This document shows positions 13,749 through 26,800 of a DNA stretch of 64,000 bases, one piece after another. A program made the position numbers and the translations under genes. Source of the stretch: Octopus sinensis (Eukaryota); the NCBI RefSeq assembly GCF_006345805.1, contig NC_043025.1:10416001-10480000 (forward strand), given 5' to 3'. The notes below the pieces were generated by a model. It saw only the letters and a program-made list of their open reading frames with translations, was not told the DNA's origin and made no database searches. Each line of letters opens with the position of its first letter. The stretch's first letter is position 1.

Positions 13749-14837
13749 TATATACGGATTGATAAATATAAATCGATGTAAAACATAGCCTCTCTCTACA
13801 TGGTTCGCGCGGCATGCTAGAAGCAGAAGCCAAGCATCCCTCAAAGCATACTTACACGCCGCTTGCATTTTTGTTTTGGGACGGTCACATCTGGAACGCT
13901 TTAGATCATAGGTTTGTCTGTTATATATCAAATCATGTTCTACTCCAGGGCTTTACTATTTTGGGACGGTCATATCTGGAACGCTTCTGATAATAGATTT
14001 GTCAGCCAAACATCAAATCGGTCTTTGACCCTTGCCTTACTGTCTTGAGATGGTCATATTTGGAAGGCTTCGGACCATAAGTTTGCCTGTCAAATATCAA
14101 ATCATACCCCACCCTTGTTTTTCTGTCCTGGGGTGATCATATCTGGAAAGCCTCTGGCCATAGGTCTGCCTGCTAAATATCAAAATAGACCTCACCCCCA
14201 CTTTACCTTACTGGCTTACAGAAGGACAAGACACGTTAGATACTTTAGTCTCCAAAATAAATCCTCAGATGAGATGGTCGTATCTGGAAGGCATCTGACT
14301 ATAGGTTTGCCAAATACCCCTCAAATCAGACCTCTTCCTCTTCCTTGATTATCTTAAATAAGGATAGGATGTGTTAGATGATGCATTCCTCAAAAAAAAT
14401 AGGACGGGATGGTCATGGCTTGAATGGTCTGATTATAGGTTTGTCTGATTGAAGGCGGCGAGCTGGCAGAAACGTTAGCATGCCGGGCGAAATGCGTAGT
14501 CGTATTTCGTCTGCCGTTACGTTGTGAGTTCAAATTCCGCCGAGGTCAACTTTGCCTTTCATCCTTTCAGGGTCGATAAATACAGTACCAGCCTCTACCA
14601 CCAACAACATCAGCCTTGTTACATTCTTTGTCAAGTTGAAAATCTCTGAGAACTATGTTAAGGTACACATGCATGGCTGTGTGGTAAGAAGCTTGCTTCC
14701 CAACCACATGGTTCTGGGTTCAGTCTGACTGTATAATACCCTAGGTAAGTGTCTCCTACTATAGCTTCAGGCTGACCGAATCATTGTAAGTGGATTTGGT
14801 GGGTGGAAACTGAAAGAAGCCTGTAATATGTATAGGC

Positions 14838-15410
14838 TGCGAGCTGGCAGAAATGTTAGCACGCCGGGCAAAATGCTCGGCGGTATTTCGTCTGCTGTTA
14901 CGTTCTGAGTTCAAATTCTGCCGAGGTCGACTTTACCTTTCATCCTTTCGGGGTTGATAAATTAAGTACCAGTTACACACTGGGGTCGATATAATCGACT
15001 TAATCCGTTTGTCTGTCCTTGTTTGTCCCATCTGTGTTTAGCCCCTTGTGGGTAGTAAAGAAATAGGTATTTTGTCTGCCGTTACATTCTGAGTTCAAAT
15101 TCCGCCGAGGTCGACTTTGCCTTTCATCCTTTCGGGGTCGATAAATAAAGTACCAATTACGCACTGGGGTCGATATAATCGACTTAATACCTATGTCTGT
15201 CCATGTTTGTCCCCTCTGTGTTTAGCCCCTTGTGTGTAGTAAAGAAATAGGTATTTTGTCTGCTGTTACATTCTGAGTTCAAATTTCGCCGAGGTCGACT
15301 TTGTCTTTCATCTTTTCAGGGTTGATAAATTAAGTACCAGTTACGCACTGGAGTCGATGTAATCGACTTAATCCCTTTGTCTGTCCCCTCTATGTTTAGC
15401 CCCTTGTGGG
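14838..15410 (+). mobile_element. SINE family B: one head plus three tandem bodies
   Basis: Head gcgagctggcagaaa..; B-box-like gagttcaaattc; central gcctttcatcctttcggggtcgataaattaagtaccag; ~185-bp units. Confidence 0.85.
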
Positions 15411-15917
15411 CAATATATATATGTATGTGTGTGTGTGTTTTTGTGCCTGTGTTTGTCTCTCCCCATCACTGCTTGACAACCCATGTTTGGTGTATTTATG
15501 TCCCCGTAACTTAGTTGTTCAGCAAAAGTGACAGAATACTCTTTTTACTCTGTAACTTGTTTCAGTCATTTGACTGCGGCCATGCTGGAGCACCGCCTTT
15601 AGTCGAGCAAATCGACCCCAGGTGTTATTCTTTGTAAGCCCAGTACTTATTCTATCGGTCTCTTTTTGCCGAACCGCTAAGTGACGGGGACGTAAACACA
15701 CCAGCATCGGTTGTCAAGCAATGCTAGGGGGACAAACACAGACACACAAACACTTATACACACATACATATGTCTGGGAAGGCTGCACCAGGCTCCATTC
15801 TGATCTGGCAGTGTTTCTACAGCTGGATGCCCTTCCTAACGCCAACCACTCCGCGAGTGTAGTGGGTGCTTTTTACGTGCCACTTGCACTGGTGCCAGCG
15901 GCCACAATCGGTTGGTG

Positions 15918-15953
<36 letters not shown>

Positions 15954-16059
15954 AACTTGACTCCATCAGTCAAAAATGACCATGGGTGCACCTTAGAGGT
16001 TCCCCTCCGGTGTACAGGTCTGTGTGGAAAGTTGCCTCACTGGTGAACACACAACCTAG

Positions 16060-16321
16060 GATTGTTTTTATGGAAGACCAGCAATCGCCCATGGATACCA
16101 GTGTCCCCTCTCCATGCTACTGATGTTATCCAAGGGAAAGGCAAAGGGGCCGATACAGCTTGGCACCAGTGACATGGCAACTCATTACTACAGCTGAGTG
16201 AACTGGAGCAATGTGAAATAAAGTGACTTACTCAAGAACACAACACGCAGCACGGTCCAGGATTCGAACTCACAACCTCACAATCATAAACTCGATGCTC
16301 TAACCACTGAGCCATGCGCCT
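16060..16321 (-). mobile_element. tRNA-derived SINE of a further family
   Basis: Minus strand reads aggcgcaTGGCTCAGTGGttagagc...gtgaGTTCGAATCC (A and B boxes) followed by a non-tRNA body. Confidence 0.7.
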
Positions 16322-16502
16322 ACACACACAGACATATACAACCGGCTTCTTTCAGTTTCCCTCTACCAAATTCATTCACAAGGCTTTGATCAGCCTGTGG
16401 CTTATAGTAGAAGACACTAGCCCAAAGTGCCACTCAGTGGGACTGAACCTGGAACCATGTGGTTGGTAAACAAGCTACTTACCACACAGCCACTCCTGCG
16501 CC

Positions 16503-16575
<73 letters not shown>

Positions 16576-17004
16576 CAGGCTTCTTTCAGTTTCCATCTAC
16601 CAAATCCACTCACAAGGATTTGGTCAGCCCGAGGATATAGTAGAAGACATTTGCCCAAGATGTCACACAATGGGACTGAACCCAGAACTATGGGGTTGAG
16701 AAGCAAGCTTCTTTCCATGTAGCCATGTATGCATTATATTTTTTCCAAAGTCTTCCTTCTCATCAACTCAGTTTTTTAGTACCATTCTATGTCTCCATTC
16801 AAGACAGCATCTTCCCACAATACATTTCTGCCATTGCAACACCAGATTTAATCCTTAATTAAGTAGTTGGTCATGGTTGGAACAACTTATAATCCTAGGT
16901 CTTCTGGATCAGTACTGACCTTGGGTTTCATAACAGCAACAAATACGCTGTCTGAATGAAAGACATGGTGGTCACAACTGGAACAACTCTGCTCATAGGC
17001 TAAA

Positions 17005-17510
17005 AAAAAAACAGCAAAGGACACATTAGATAATGTAGTCCTAGATACACTATGCCTGAATAACAGACAGGATGGTCACAGATGGAACATCTTTGATCAT
17101 CAGTCTGCTGGATCAGGACTGACCTGGGGCTAAACAACAAGAAAAGACACATTAGATAATGTAGTCCTAGATACACTATGCCTGAATAAAAGACAGGATG
17201 GTCACAGCCGGAACATCTTTGATCATAGGTCTGCTGGATCGGGACTGACCTGGGGCTAAACAACAAGAAAGGACACATTAGATAATGTAGTCCTAGATAC
17301 ACTGCCTGAATAAAAGACAGGATGGTCACAGCTGGAACATCTTTGATCATAGGTCTGCTGGATCAGGACTGACCTGGGGCTAAACAACAAGGAAGGACAC
17401 ATTAGATAATGTAGTCCTAGATACACTATGCCTGAATAAAAGGCAGGATGGCCACATCTGGAATATCTCAGATTATAGGTCTATGTGTCAGATCAGGGTT
17501 GACCTGTGGT
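17005..17510. repeat. ~125-bp tandem repeat, 4 copies, from a dispersed family
   Basis: acacattagataatgtagtcctag recurs at 17021, 17147, 17273 and 17397; related pieces at ~35925-36220 and ~47490-47545 (reverse). Confidence 0.85.
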
Positions 17511-17844
17511 TAAACAACATGATAGCAATTATTTCAATAACTGCAGTGTCTCTGATCAGTTCGTGTGGAGACTTGTTAAAGACATGTTCCACCCAAACTC
17601 GACAAAAGCTTTCGATATCTCTAACCCCCCCCCCGACTCACGCACCCCCCCCCCCCCCGCTACTTGATCATAGTAATTGTACTAAAGGACCCCCCTCGTC
17701 CACCCCCTCCCCTCCCTGCTCTGTCGAATCTTAATTTCTGTCTGTACTCGTAGTTGTTGTACAGGTAAATAGGGGTGGGGGGGTAGGTAGGCCCGGAAGT
17801 TGCTAGGCGAGTTGGGGGTCATTCTCTCCCCCCACATCCGTCCC

Positions 17845-17912
17845 TTCTGTCTTTCTCTGTCTCTCTCTCTCTTCTCTCTTCTCTCTCATACATTTTATCA
17901 TCTAGTTAGCTC

Positions 17913-18003
<91 letters not shown>

Positions 18004-18105
18004 CTCTCTCTCCCTCTCTTTCACTCTCTCTCTCTATTTCTCTCTTTTTCTCTCTCTCTTTCTCTCTCTCTCTCTTCTCTCTCTATTTCTCTCTCTCTCT
18101 CTATT

Positions 18106-18145
<40 letters not shown>
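17845..18145. repeat. (CT)n microsatellite
   Basis: Direct reading. Confidence 0.95.
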
Positions 18146-19237
18146 AGCCAATGTATCTTCTCTTTCCCAGTGTGAGTGAGTATTCTTGGGTTCCATACAC
18201 ATACACACAAATACACACATACATACACACACTCGTACATTCATTCATTCATACACCCACATACCTACATACACACATACATGTCTGTCTGGGACTATAA
18301 GAATCCACAAGACTTTTTGAGATATAAAGGTTCATAGTTAAAACAAGTTACTTTCCTTTACAATCTTGCCACCTAATTAGGGGGCTGCTCAAATTATTTA
18401 CTCTAAAACTAAAAAGAGTCAAAGAACATATACACACGCATGCATAGAAATGTACGCATGTATATATTATATATGCAATGGCTTTTCGTAAGCAGTACGA
18501 CTTGAAGAATTCTGTAAACGATAATATTTTACAAGATCACAGCTTAGAAGCCGATCACTGTATAACGACTAAAGAAAAAAGACTAATATTGGGGCATATA
18601 TATATATATATATATGTGGCACAGGAGTGGCTGTGTGGTAAATAGCTTGTTTACCAACCACATGGTTCCGGGTTCAGTCTCACTGTGTGGCACCTTGGGC
18701 AAGTGTCTTCTACTGTAGCCTCAGGTCGACCAAAGCCTTGTGAGTGGATTTGGTAGACGGAAACTGGAGCAACGCCTTTAGTCGAGCAAATCGACCTCGA
18801 GACTTATTCTTTGTAAGCCCAGTACTTATTCTATCGGTCTCTTTTGCCAAACCGCTAAGTGACGGGGACATAAACACACCAGCATCGGTTGTCAAGCAAT
18901 GTTAGGGGGACAAACACAGACACACAAACACACACATACATATATATGACGGGCTTCTTTCAGTTTCCGTCTACCAAATCCACTCACAAGATTTTGGTCA
19001 GCCCGAGACTATAGCAGAAGACACTTGCCCAAGATGCCACGCAGTGGGACTGAACCCGGGACCATGTGATTGGTAAGCAAGCTACCTAACCACACAGCCA
19101 CTCCTGCGCCTGTTTATTTCCTGGCGAAAATAGACTGTAAATGTTATTTTACTTTTTCGTTACAGTTGTTAATTTTCAATGTTTTATTTTGTCTCTAGAT
19201 TCTGCGAAAAGGCTCTCTCTCTGGTTGTAAATGATAA

Positions 19238-19769
19238 ATGGAGAGAGCCATTCTGAAACAGACCCTTACACGTGTTTCGCACCCTCACAGCTCTTCTATC
19301 GCTACTACTACTACTACTACTATTTCTACTACAACTGCTACTAGCACCGCTACCTCACCCAGAGATGCTTCGCGGACCAGCATTCCTTCCAACAAGTGCA
19401 GCATCAAGTCCCCTGGCCGTTCTTCAACCAAAAGAGCTGCAGTTGCTGCAACGTCAAGGACAGAGGAGGAGAAGCGGAAAGCGAGGGCTCCAACAGCAGC
19501 GCTCCAGAACATCAAAGGAACACACAGCAACAGGCACCAGGCCCAACGAACTCACCACAATGTTAATAACCATAGTAATTACAGCAATGAAGGCAGAGAT
19601 AAGGGCTGCAGTGACAACGATGTTTATTACGATGACGTTGGTGATGACAGACAAACCTGGATGGCAGCTGCTGGATCCCACATAGTTGAAACCAACAGCT
19701 TTCCACAACATGCTTTAGGCAACGGGTTTGCGACAAACTACTGTGATCTGCAGCAATCAGTTGTCAATG
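19238..19769 (+). CDS. CENPJ: CENPJ coding exon 1 (exon starts at 19199; ATG at 19238)
   Basis: Acceptor tctctag|19199; in-frame TGA TAA directly before the ATG; MERAILKQ...QQSVVN-G; donor G|gtttgt, phase 1. Confidence 0.75.
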
Positions 19770-20042
19770 GTTTGTTAGTTTTATCATTAACCCTTTTAGT
19801 GTTTGCATTATTCTGCCAAAATTACTTTCTCTTTCTCTTTACCCTTATACTTGTTTCAGTCATTTGATTGCGGCCATGCTGGAGCACCGCCTTTAATCGA
19901 GCAACTCGACCGCGGGACTTATTCTTTTGTAAGCCCAGTACTTATTCTATCGGTCTCTTTTTGCCGAACTGCTAAGTGACGAGGACGTAAACACACCAGC
20001 ATCGGTTGTCAAACTATGCTAGAGTGACAAATACAGACACAA

Positions 20043-20083
<41 letters not shown>

Positions 20084-20827
20084 CATATATACGACAGGCT
20101 TCTTTCAGTTTCCGTCTACCAAATCCACTCACAAGGCATTGGTCGGCCCGGGGCTATAGCAGAAGACACTTGCCCAAGGTGCCACGCAGTGGGACTGAAC
20201 CCAGAACCATGTGGTTGGTTAGCAAGCTACTTACCACACAGCCACTCCTGCGCCTGATTTTGATGAGGTAGCTGTTAATTTTTAAAACGATATTGTAGGG
20301 TTGGTGTGAGAGACCAGATCTGGCCAGTTTGAACATAAAACAGGCAGAATACTTTTGGCCAGATATGGCCGGTTTAAGTGCTAAAGGGTCAATATTTATT
20401 TATTTATTCATTTAAGCCCTTATGTTTTTTGTTTGGCTTTTTTTCATTAGACTGCAGCCATAACAGGGCCCAATTTTCTGGGGTACTTGTTGATGATATC
20501 ACCATCATCATCATCATTTTATGTTGGCCTGAATTGGATGGTTTGACAGGAGCTGGTGCGTCAGAGGACTGTACCGAGCCCCACCTCCTCATTCCCCCTA
20601 CTCTCTCTTTACTCTTTTACTTGTTTCAGTCATCTGACTGCAGCCATGCTGGAGCAGCGCCTTTAATCGAGCAACTCGACCCCGGGACTTATTCTTTTGT
20701 AAGCCCAGTACTTATTCTATTGGTCTCTTTTGCCGAACCGCTAAGTGACGGGGACATAAACACACCAGCATCGGTTGTCGAGCAATGCTAGGGGGACAAA
20801 CACAGACACACAAACACATACACAAAC

Positions 20828-20858
<31 letters not shown>

Positions 20859-23800
20859 CACATACATATATATGACGGGCTTCTTTCAGTTTCTGTCTAC
20901 CAAATCCACTCACAAGGCTTTGGTCGGCCCGAGGCTATAGTAGAAGACACTTGTCCAAGGTGCCACGCAGTGGGACTGAACCCGGAACCATGTGGTTGGT
21001 AAGCAAGCTACTTACCACACAGCCATATATATATATATATTTATACGACGGGCTTCTTTCAGTTTCCGTCTACCAAATCCACTCACAAGGCTTTGGTCGG
21101 CCCGAGGCTATAGTAGAAGACACTTGTCCAAGGTGCCACGCAGTGGGACTGAACCCGGAACCATGTGGTTGGTAAGCAAGCTACTTACCACACAGCCATA
21201 TATATATATATATATTTATACGACGGGCTTCTTTCAGTTTCCGTCTACCAAATCCACTCACAAGGCTTTGGTCGGCCCGGGGCTATAGTAGAAGACACTT
21301 GTCCAAGGTGCCACGCAGTGGGACTGAACCCGGAACCATGTGGTTGGTAAGCAAGCTACTTACCACACAGCCATATATATATATATATTTATACGACGGG
21401 CTTCTTTCAGTTTCCGTCTACCAAATCCACTCACAAGGCTTTGGTCGGCCCGAGGCTATAGTAGAAGACACTTGTCCAAGGTGCCACGCAGTGGGACTGA
21501 ACCCGGAACCATGTGGTTGGTAAGCAAGCTACTTACCACACAGCCATATATATATATATATATTTATACGACGGGCTTCTTTCAGTTTCCGTCTACCAAA
21601 TCCACTCACAAGGCTTTGGTCGGCCCGAGGCTATAGTAGAAGACACTTGTCCAAGTTGTCACGCAGTGGGACTGAACCCGGAACCATGTGGTTGGTAAGC
21701 AAGCTACTTACCACACAGCCATATATATATATTTATACGACGGGCTTCTTTCAGTTTCCGTCTACCAAATCCACTCACAAGGCTTTGGTCGGCCCGAGGC
21801 TATAGTAGAAGACACTTGTCCAAGTTGTCACGCAGTGGGACTGAACCCGGAACCATGTGGTTGGTAAGCAAGCTACTTACCACACAGCCATATATATATA
21901 TATATTTATACGACGGGCTTCTTTCAGTTTCCGTCTACCAAATCCACTCACAAGGCTTTGGTCGGCCCGAGGCTATAGTAGAAGACACTTGCCCAAGGTG
22001 CCACGCAGTGGGACTGAACCCGGAACCATGTGGTTGGTAAGCAAGCTACTTACCACACAGCAACTCCTGCGCCTATTTGCATTTTTTAATTTTTGTTTTT
22101 ATTTATATTTTTTTGTGTATTTGCTTTTTTTTTTTAAATTTTTGTTGTTATATTTGTGTCGCAATCGGCATGAACAGGTGAGCCGTCATACCTTCCGACA
22201 CGAACTACAGTTGCAGCAGCAGCAGCGGTTACTTCACACGAGGCAGACCAACTGCAGCTTGTGCACCGGTTTAAGGAGCTGCGTCGTCAGCAGATACAGC
22301 AGCAGGAGATGCTGATGCATCAACAGAAACAACAGCTGATGCTCCTCCGACAGGAAATGGAACAACGACAGAAGGTTATGGCCAACCTCCACGCAGGTAA
22401 TCATCATCATCATCATCATCGTTTAACGTCTGTTTTCCATGCTAGCATGGGTTGGACGGTTCAACCGGCGCCTGGGAAGCCAGGAGGCTGCACCAGGCTC
22501 CAGTCTGATCTGACAGTGTTTCTACAGCTGTTCCGTGAGTGTATTGGGTGCTTTTTATCTCACTACCTCCTCCGCCTCCTCCTCATCATCATCATCATTT
22601 AACGTCCGTTGTCCATGCTAGCATGGGTTGGACGGTTCGACCAGGGTCTGGGAAGCCAGGAGGCTGCACCAGGCTCCAGTCTGATCTGGCAGTGTTTCTA
22701 CAGCTGTTCCGTGAGTGTATTGGGTGCTTTTTACCTCACTACCTCCTCCGCCTCCTCCTCATCATCATCATCATTTAACGTCCGTTGTCCATGCTAGCAT
22801 GGGTTGGACGGTTCAACCGGCGCCTGGGAAGCCAGGAGGCTGCACCAGGCTCCAGTCTGATCTGACAGTGTTTCTACAGCTGTTCCGTGAGTGTATTTGG
22901 TGCTTTTTATCTCACTACCTCCTCCTCCTCCTCATCATCATCGTTTAATGTCCGTTTTCCATGCTAGCATGGGTTGGGCGCTTCAACCGGGGTCTGGGTA
23001 GCCAGGAGGCTGTACCAGGCTCCAGTCTGATCTGGCAGTGTTTCTACAGCTGGATGCCCTTCCTAACACCAACCATTCTGTGAGTGTAGTGGGTGCTTTT
23101 TACATGCCACCGGCACAGGGCCCAGACGAGGCTGGCAACGGCCACGATCAGTTGGTGCTTTTTATGTGCCACCAGCACAGAATGTGGAGGTATTATTTAA
23201 CACAATGACCAGATGGCCACCACTCCTGTTCGACTGGTCTACCAATTCTTTGGTATCCTACTGGTTCTTTCCTTTGTCTTGGGTCATGGCTGTGTTATCA
23301 CCCTGGGCTAACCAAGGCCTTGTCAATGAGATTAGTTGATAGAGATTATAGTAAAGTTGTGTGTGTGTATACACACTCACATGGCCTAATGGTTAGGGTA
23401 TTGCACCTTTGATTGCATATATACCACAACCAATACTGCTTGTACTACCACCAACGCCACAACCACAGCTACAAACAGCACTACCGCCAACACCACCACC
23501 AATACCATGTACACTACCACAACTACAAACAGCACTCCCACCAACACCACAACCAATACCATCTACACTACCATAACCACAACTACAAACAGCACTACCA
23601 CCAACACCACAACCAATACCATCTACACTACCACAACCACAACTACAAACAGTACTACCACTAACACCACAACCAATGCCATCTACACTACCACCAATAC
23701 AACTATAAAGAACACTACAACCAATACTGCTTCTACTACCACCAACCCCATAACCACAACTACAAACAGCACTACCACCAACACCACAACCAATACCATC

Positions 23801-26800
23801 TACACTACCACCAATACAACTATAAACAACACTACAACCAATACTGCTTCTACTACCACCAACACCATAACCACAACTACAAACTGCACTACCACAACCA
23901 CAACTACAAACAGCACTACCACTAACACCACAACCAATACCATCTACACTACCACCAATACAACTATAAACAACACTACAACCAATACTGCTTCTACTAC
24001 CACCAACACCATAACCACAACTACAAACAGCACTACCACCCAACACCACAACCAATACTGCCTGAACTACCACCAACACCACAACTACCAACCACACTAC
24101 CAGCACCACCAGTACAACTACCACCAACACCACTACCAACAACACAACCAGCACCACCAATACAACTACCACCTATACTACCACCACCACCACCAGTACT
24201 ACCTGCACTGATCAATATAATCAACCAACATAATTACTACCAACACCAGCTCCGCCATCACCAACTCAAGCATAATTGCTATGGACACCACAACTACAAC
24301 AATCACCACAACCACTCTAGGACTACCTCCAGTACTGCCACAGATTCCATCTACACTGCTAGCATCACCATCACTGATGGACAATACTATTTCTGTTCTA
24401 AAGCCTGCTCCCACTTCTTCTTGCCTCGCTCTCTCTTGCCCCTACCTCTCTCTCTCTTGTCCCTACCTCCCTCTCTCTTGCCCCTCCCTCTCTCTCGTCC
24501 CTCCCTCTCTCTCTTGCCCCTCCCTCTCTCTCGTCCCTCCCTCTCTCTCTTGCCCCTACCTCTCTCTCTCTTGTCCCTACCTCCCTCTCTCTTTCCCCTC
24601 CCTCTCTCTCGTCCCTCCCTCTCTCTCTTGCCCCTCCCTCTCTGTCTCGCACATCCCTCTCTCTCTTTTGCTCCTCCCTCTCTCTTGCCCCTCTCCTGCA
24701 TCTCTCTTTCTCTCTTGCCCCCTCTTTCTCTTGCTCTTCCCTCTCTCTCTTGCCCCTCCCTCTCTCTCTTTTGCTCCTCCCTCTCTCTTGCCCCTCCCTC
24801 TCTTGCCCCTCTCTCTTGCCCCTCTCCTGCATCTCTCTTTCTCTCTTGTCCCCTCTTTCTCTTGCTCTTCCCTCTCTCTCTTGCCCCTCCCTCTCTCTCT
24901 TGCCCATTCCTCTCCCTCTTGCCCCTCTCTCTCTCTTGCCCCTCCCTCTCCCTCTTGCCCCTCCCTCCCTCTCTTGCCCCTCTCCTGCATCTCTCTTGCA
25001 CCTCTCCTCCTGCCTCTCTCTCTAATATTCTGTTGTGATAAAACCTGACACCTATTCTTTCAGATGGTGCTGCAGCTGGTCTGATACACCACCATGTGAA
25101 AGCAGAAACACCCCACAGAATTCACTTGCATGTCCCCGCAGTGCCATCGGCAACTTCTCTGCACTCAAAGGTCTGTATACCCTCCTTGTTCTTTTAAAAG
25201 ACTATTCTTTTCTCCAGGACTGAACAAATATGTCAGTGATACTCTGAGTTGCAAAGGGAGTACACCAGCAGCTCCACATGAAATATAATTCAGGGATAGA
25301 GTACATTATTTACATTATTTACATTTGATGGATGTTTGTCCTCATCTTGTTTATCAAAGAAGCTTGAGAGGCGGTTGGATGGAACCTACACTCGCCTCCT
25401 TATGAGAGCTCAAAATCTCTCGTGGAAGCGCCATTCAACCAAAGTACAAATATATGGGAAACTACCACCTGTGTCATCTCTTGTGAAAGGTAAGAGAGTC
25501 CAGTTTGCTGGACATTGTTGTAGAGCTGAAAAAGAAGTAATTTCTACTCTTCTCCTCTGGAAGCCATCTGCTCGCAATACCAGAGGGCACACACTCTCCT
25601 ACCCTGATGTAATCTCCAGGGATACAGGCATCCAGCAACAGGACCTCCGTAATGCCATGATGGACCGTGAAGTCTGGCGTAACATAGTAAATTCCATTGT
25701 CTCGACCACGGTCGAACAATGATGATGATGATTGTTGTTGACATGTTTCGGCTGATATACACTCCAGCCTTCATCAGGTGTCTTGGGGAAATTTCAAACC
25801 TGGATTCGCATTCCTAAGGTATTTTTCATTGCTATTATTATTATTATCATTATTCCAGACCGGGCGTTGTGAGTGTTTATTGAGCGAAAACACCTAAAAG
25901 CTCCACGAGGCTCCGGCAGGGGATGGTGGTGATCCCTGCTGTACTCTTTCACCACAACTTTCTCTCACTCTTACTTCCTGTTTCTGTTGTACCTGTATTT
26001 CAAAGGGGCCGGCCTTGTCACTCTCTGTGTCACGCTGAATATCCCCGAGAACTATGTTAAGGCTGCATGTGTCTGTGGAGTACTCAGCCACTTGCACGTT
26101 AATTTCACGGGCAGGCTGTTCCGTTGATTCGGATCAACCGAAACCCTCGTCGTCGTAACCGACGGAGTGCTTCCATCCATTATCATTATTATTATTATTA
26201 TTATTCAGGTCACTGCCTGGAATCGAACTCAGAATCTTGGGGTTTGTAGCTCGCGCTCTTAACCACTACGCCATATGCATTTTCTTATATTTTCTGAATC
26301 CAAATATGTATATATTGGGTTGATGCATAACATTGGTCAACAAGTATTTTTCATCAAGAGTGTAGTGAGTACATTTTACATGCCACCGGCACAAGGGCCA
26401 ATCAGAGGGCACTGGCATCGGCTATGTTCAAATGGTGTTTTATATATATATACTAGCAGTATCGCCCGGCGTTGCTCGGGTTTGTAAGGGAAATAACTAT
26501 ATAAGCATTTTTAGAGAGTTATAGCCCAAAAATAGCAAAAAAATGGAAAAAAAATTATGGTAAATTTTTTTTGAGAGTTAAAAAGGTCGAGTTGCGTCCC
26601 CTAGACAGTCTGTGGTTTGTGTTTCTGATTCTCGACCCCATGTCGAATTTATCGATTTTTTTCAGAACTGGGGGAACTTTTCAAAATTTTTGCTGCGTTA
26701 GTTTTGAATTATGACATTGGGCTATGTGTGTGTCAAGTTTCATCAGAATCGGTTGAAAGCCGTGGTCAGGGTGAGGGTACAACCTGACAGACACACACAC

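Larger units (their letters stand above)
25290..26278 (-). mobile_element. tRNA-headed SINE-like element with a hammerhead core, interrupted by two insertions
   Basis: Head 26278-26206 with TGGCGTAGTGG and GAGTTCGATTCC; (AAT)n split by a family D SINE; body 25850-25734 with CTGATGA..GAAA; 3' part 25352-25290 ending in (tgtaaataa)2. Confidence 0.6.

Noticed and set aside
16260-16321. tRNA genes at SINE heads (also 26206-26278, 60598 and others)
   Set aside because: A/B boxes are present but there is no complete cloverleaf, and each head runs into a repeated SINE body.
23393-24211. Mucin-like Thr-rich ORF (234 aa) and its antisense ORF
   Set aside because: Produced by a trinucleotide minisatellite in intron 2; no splice sites compatible with the gene model.
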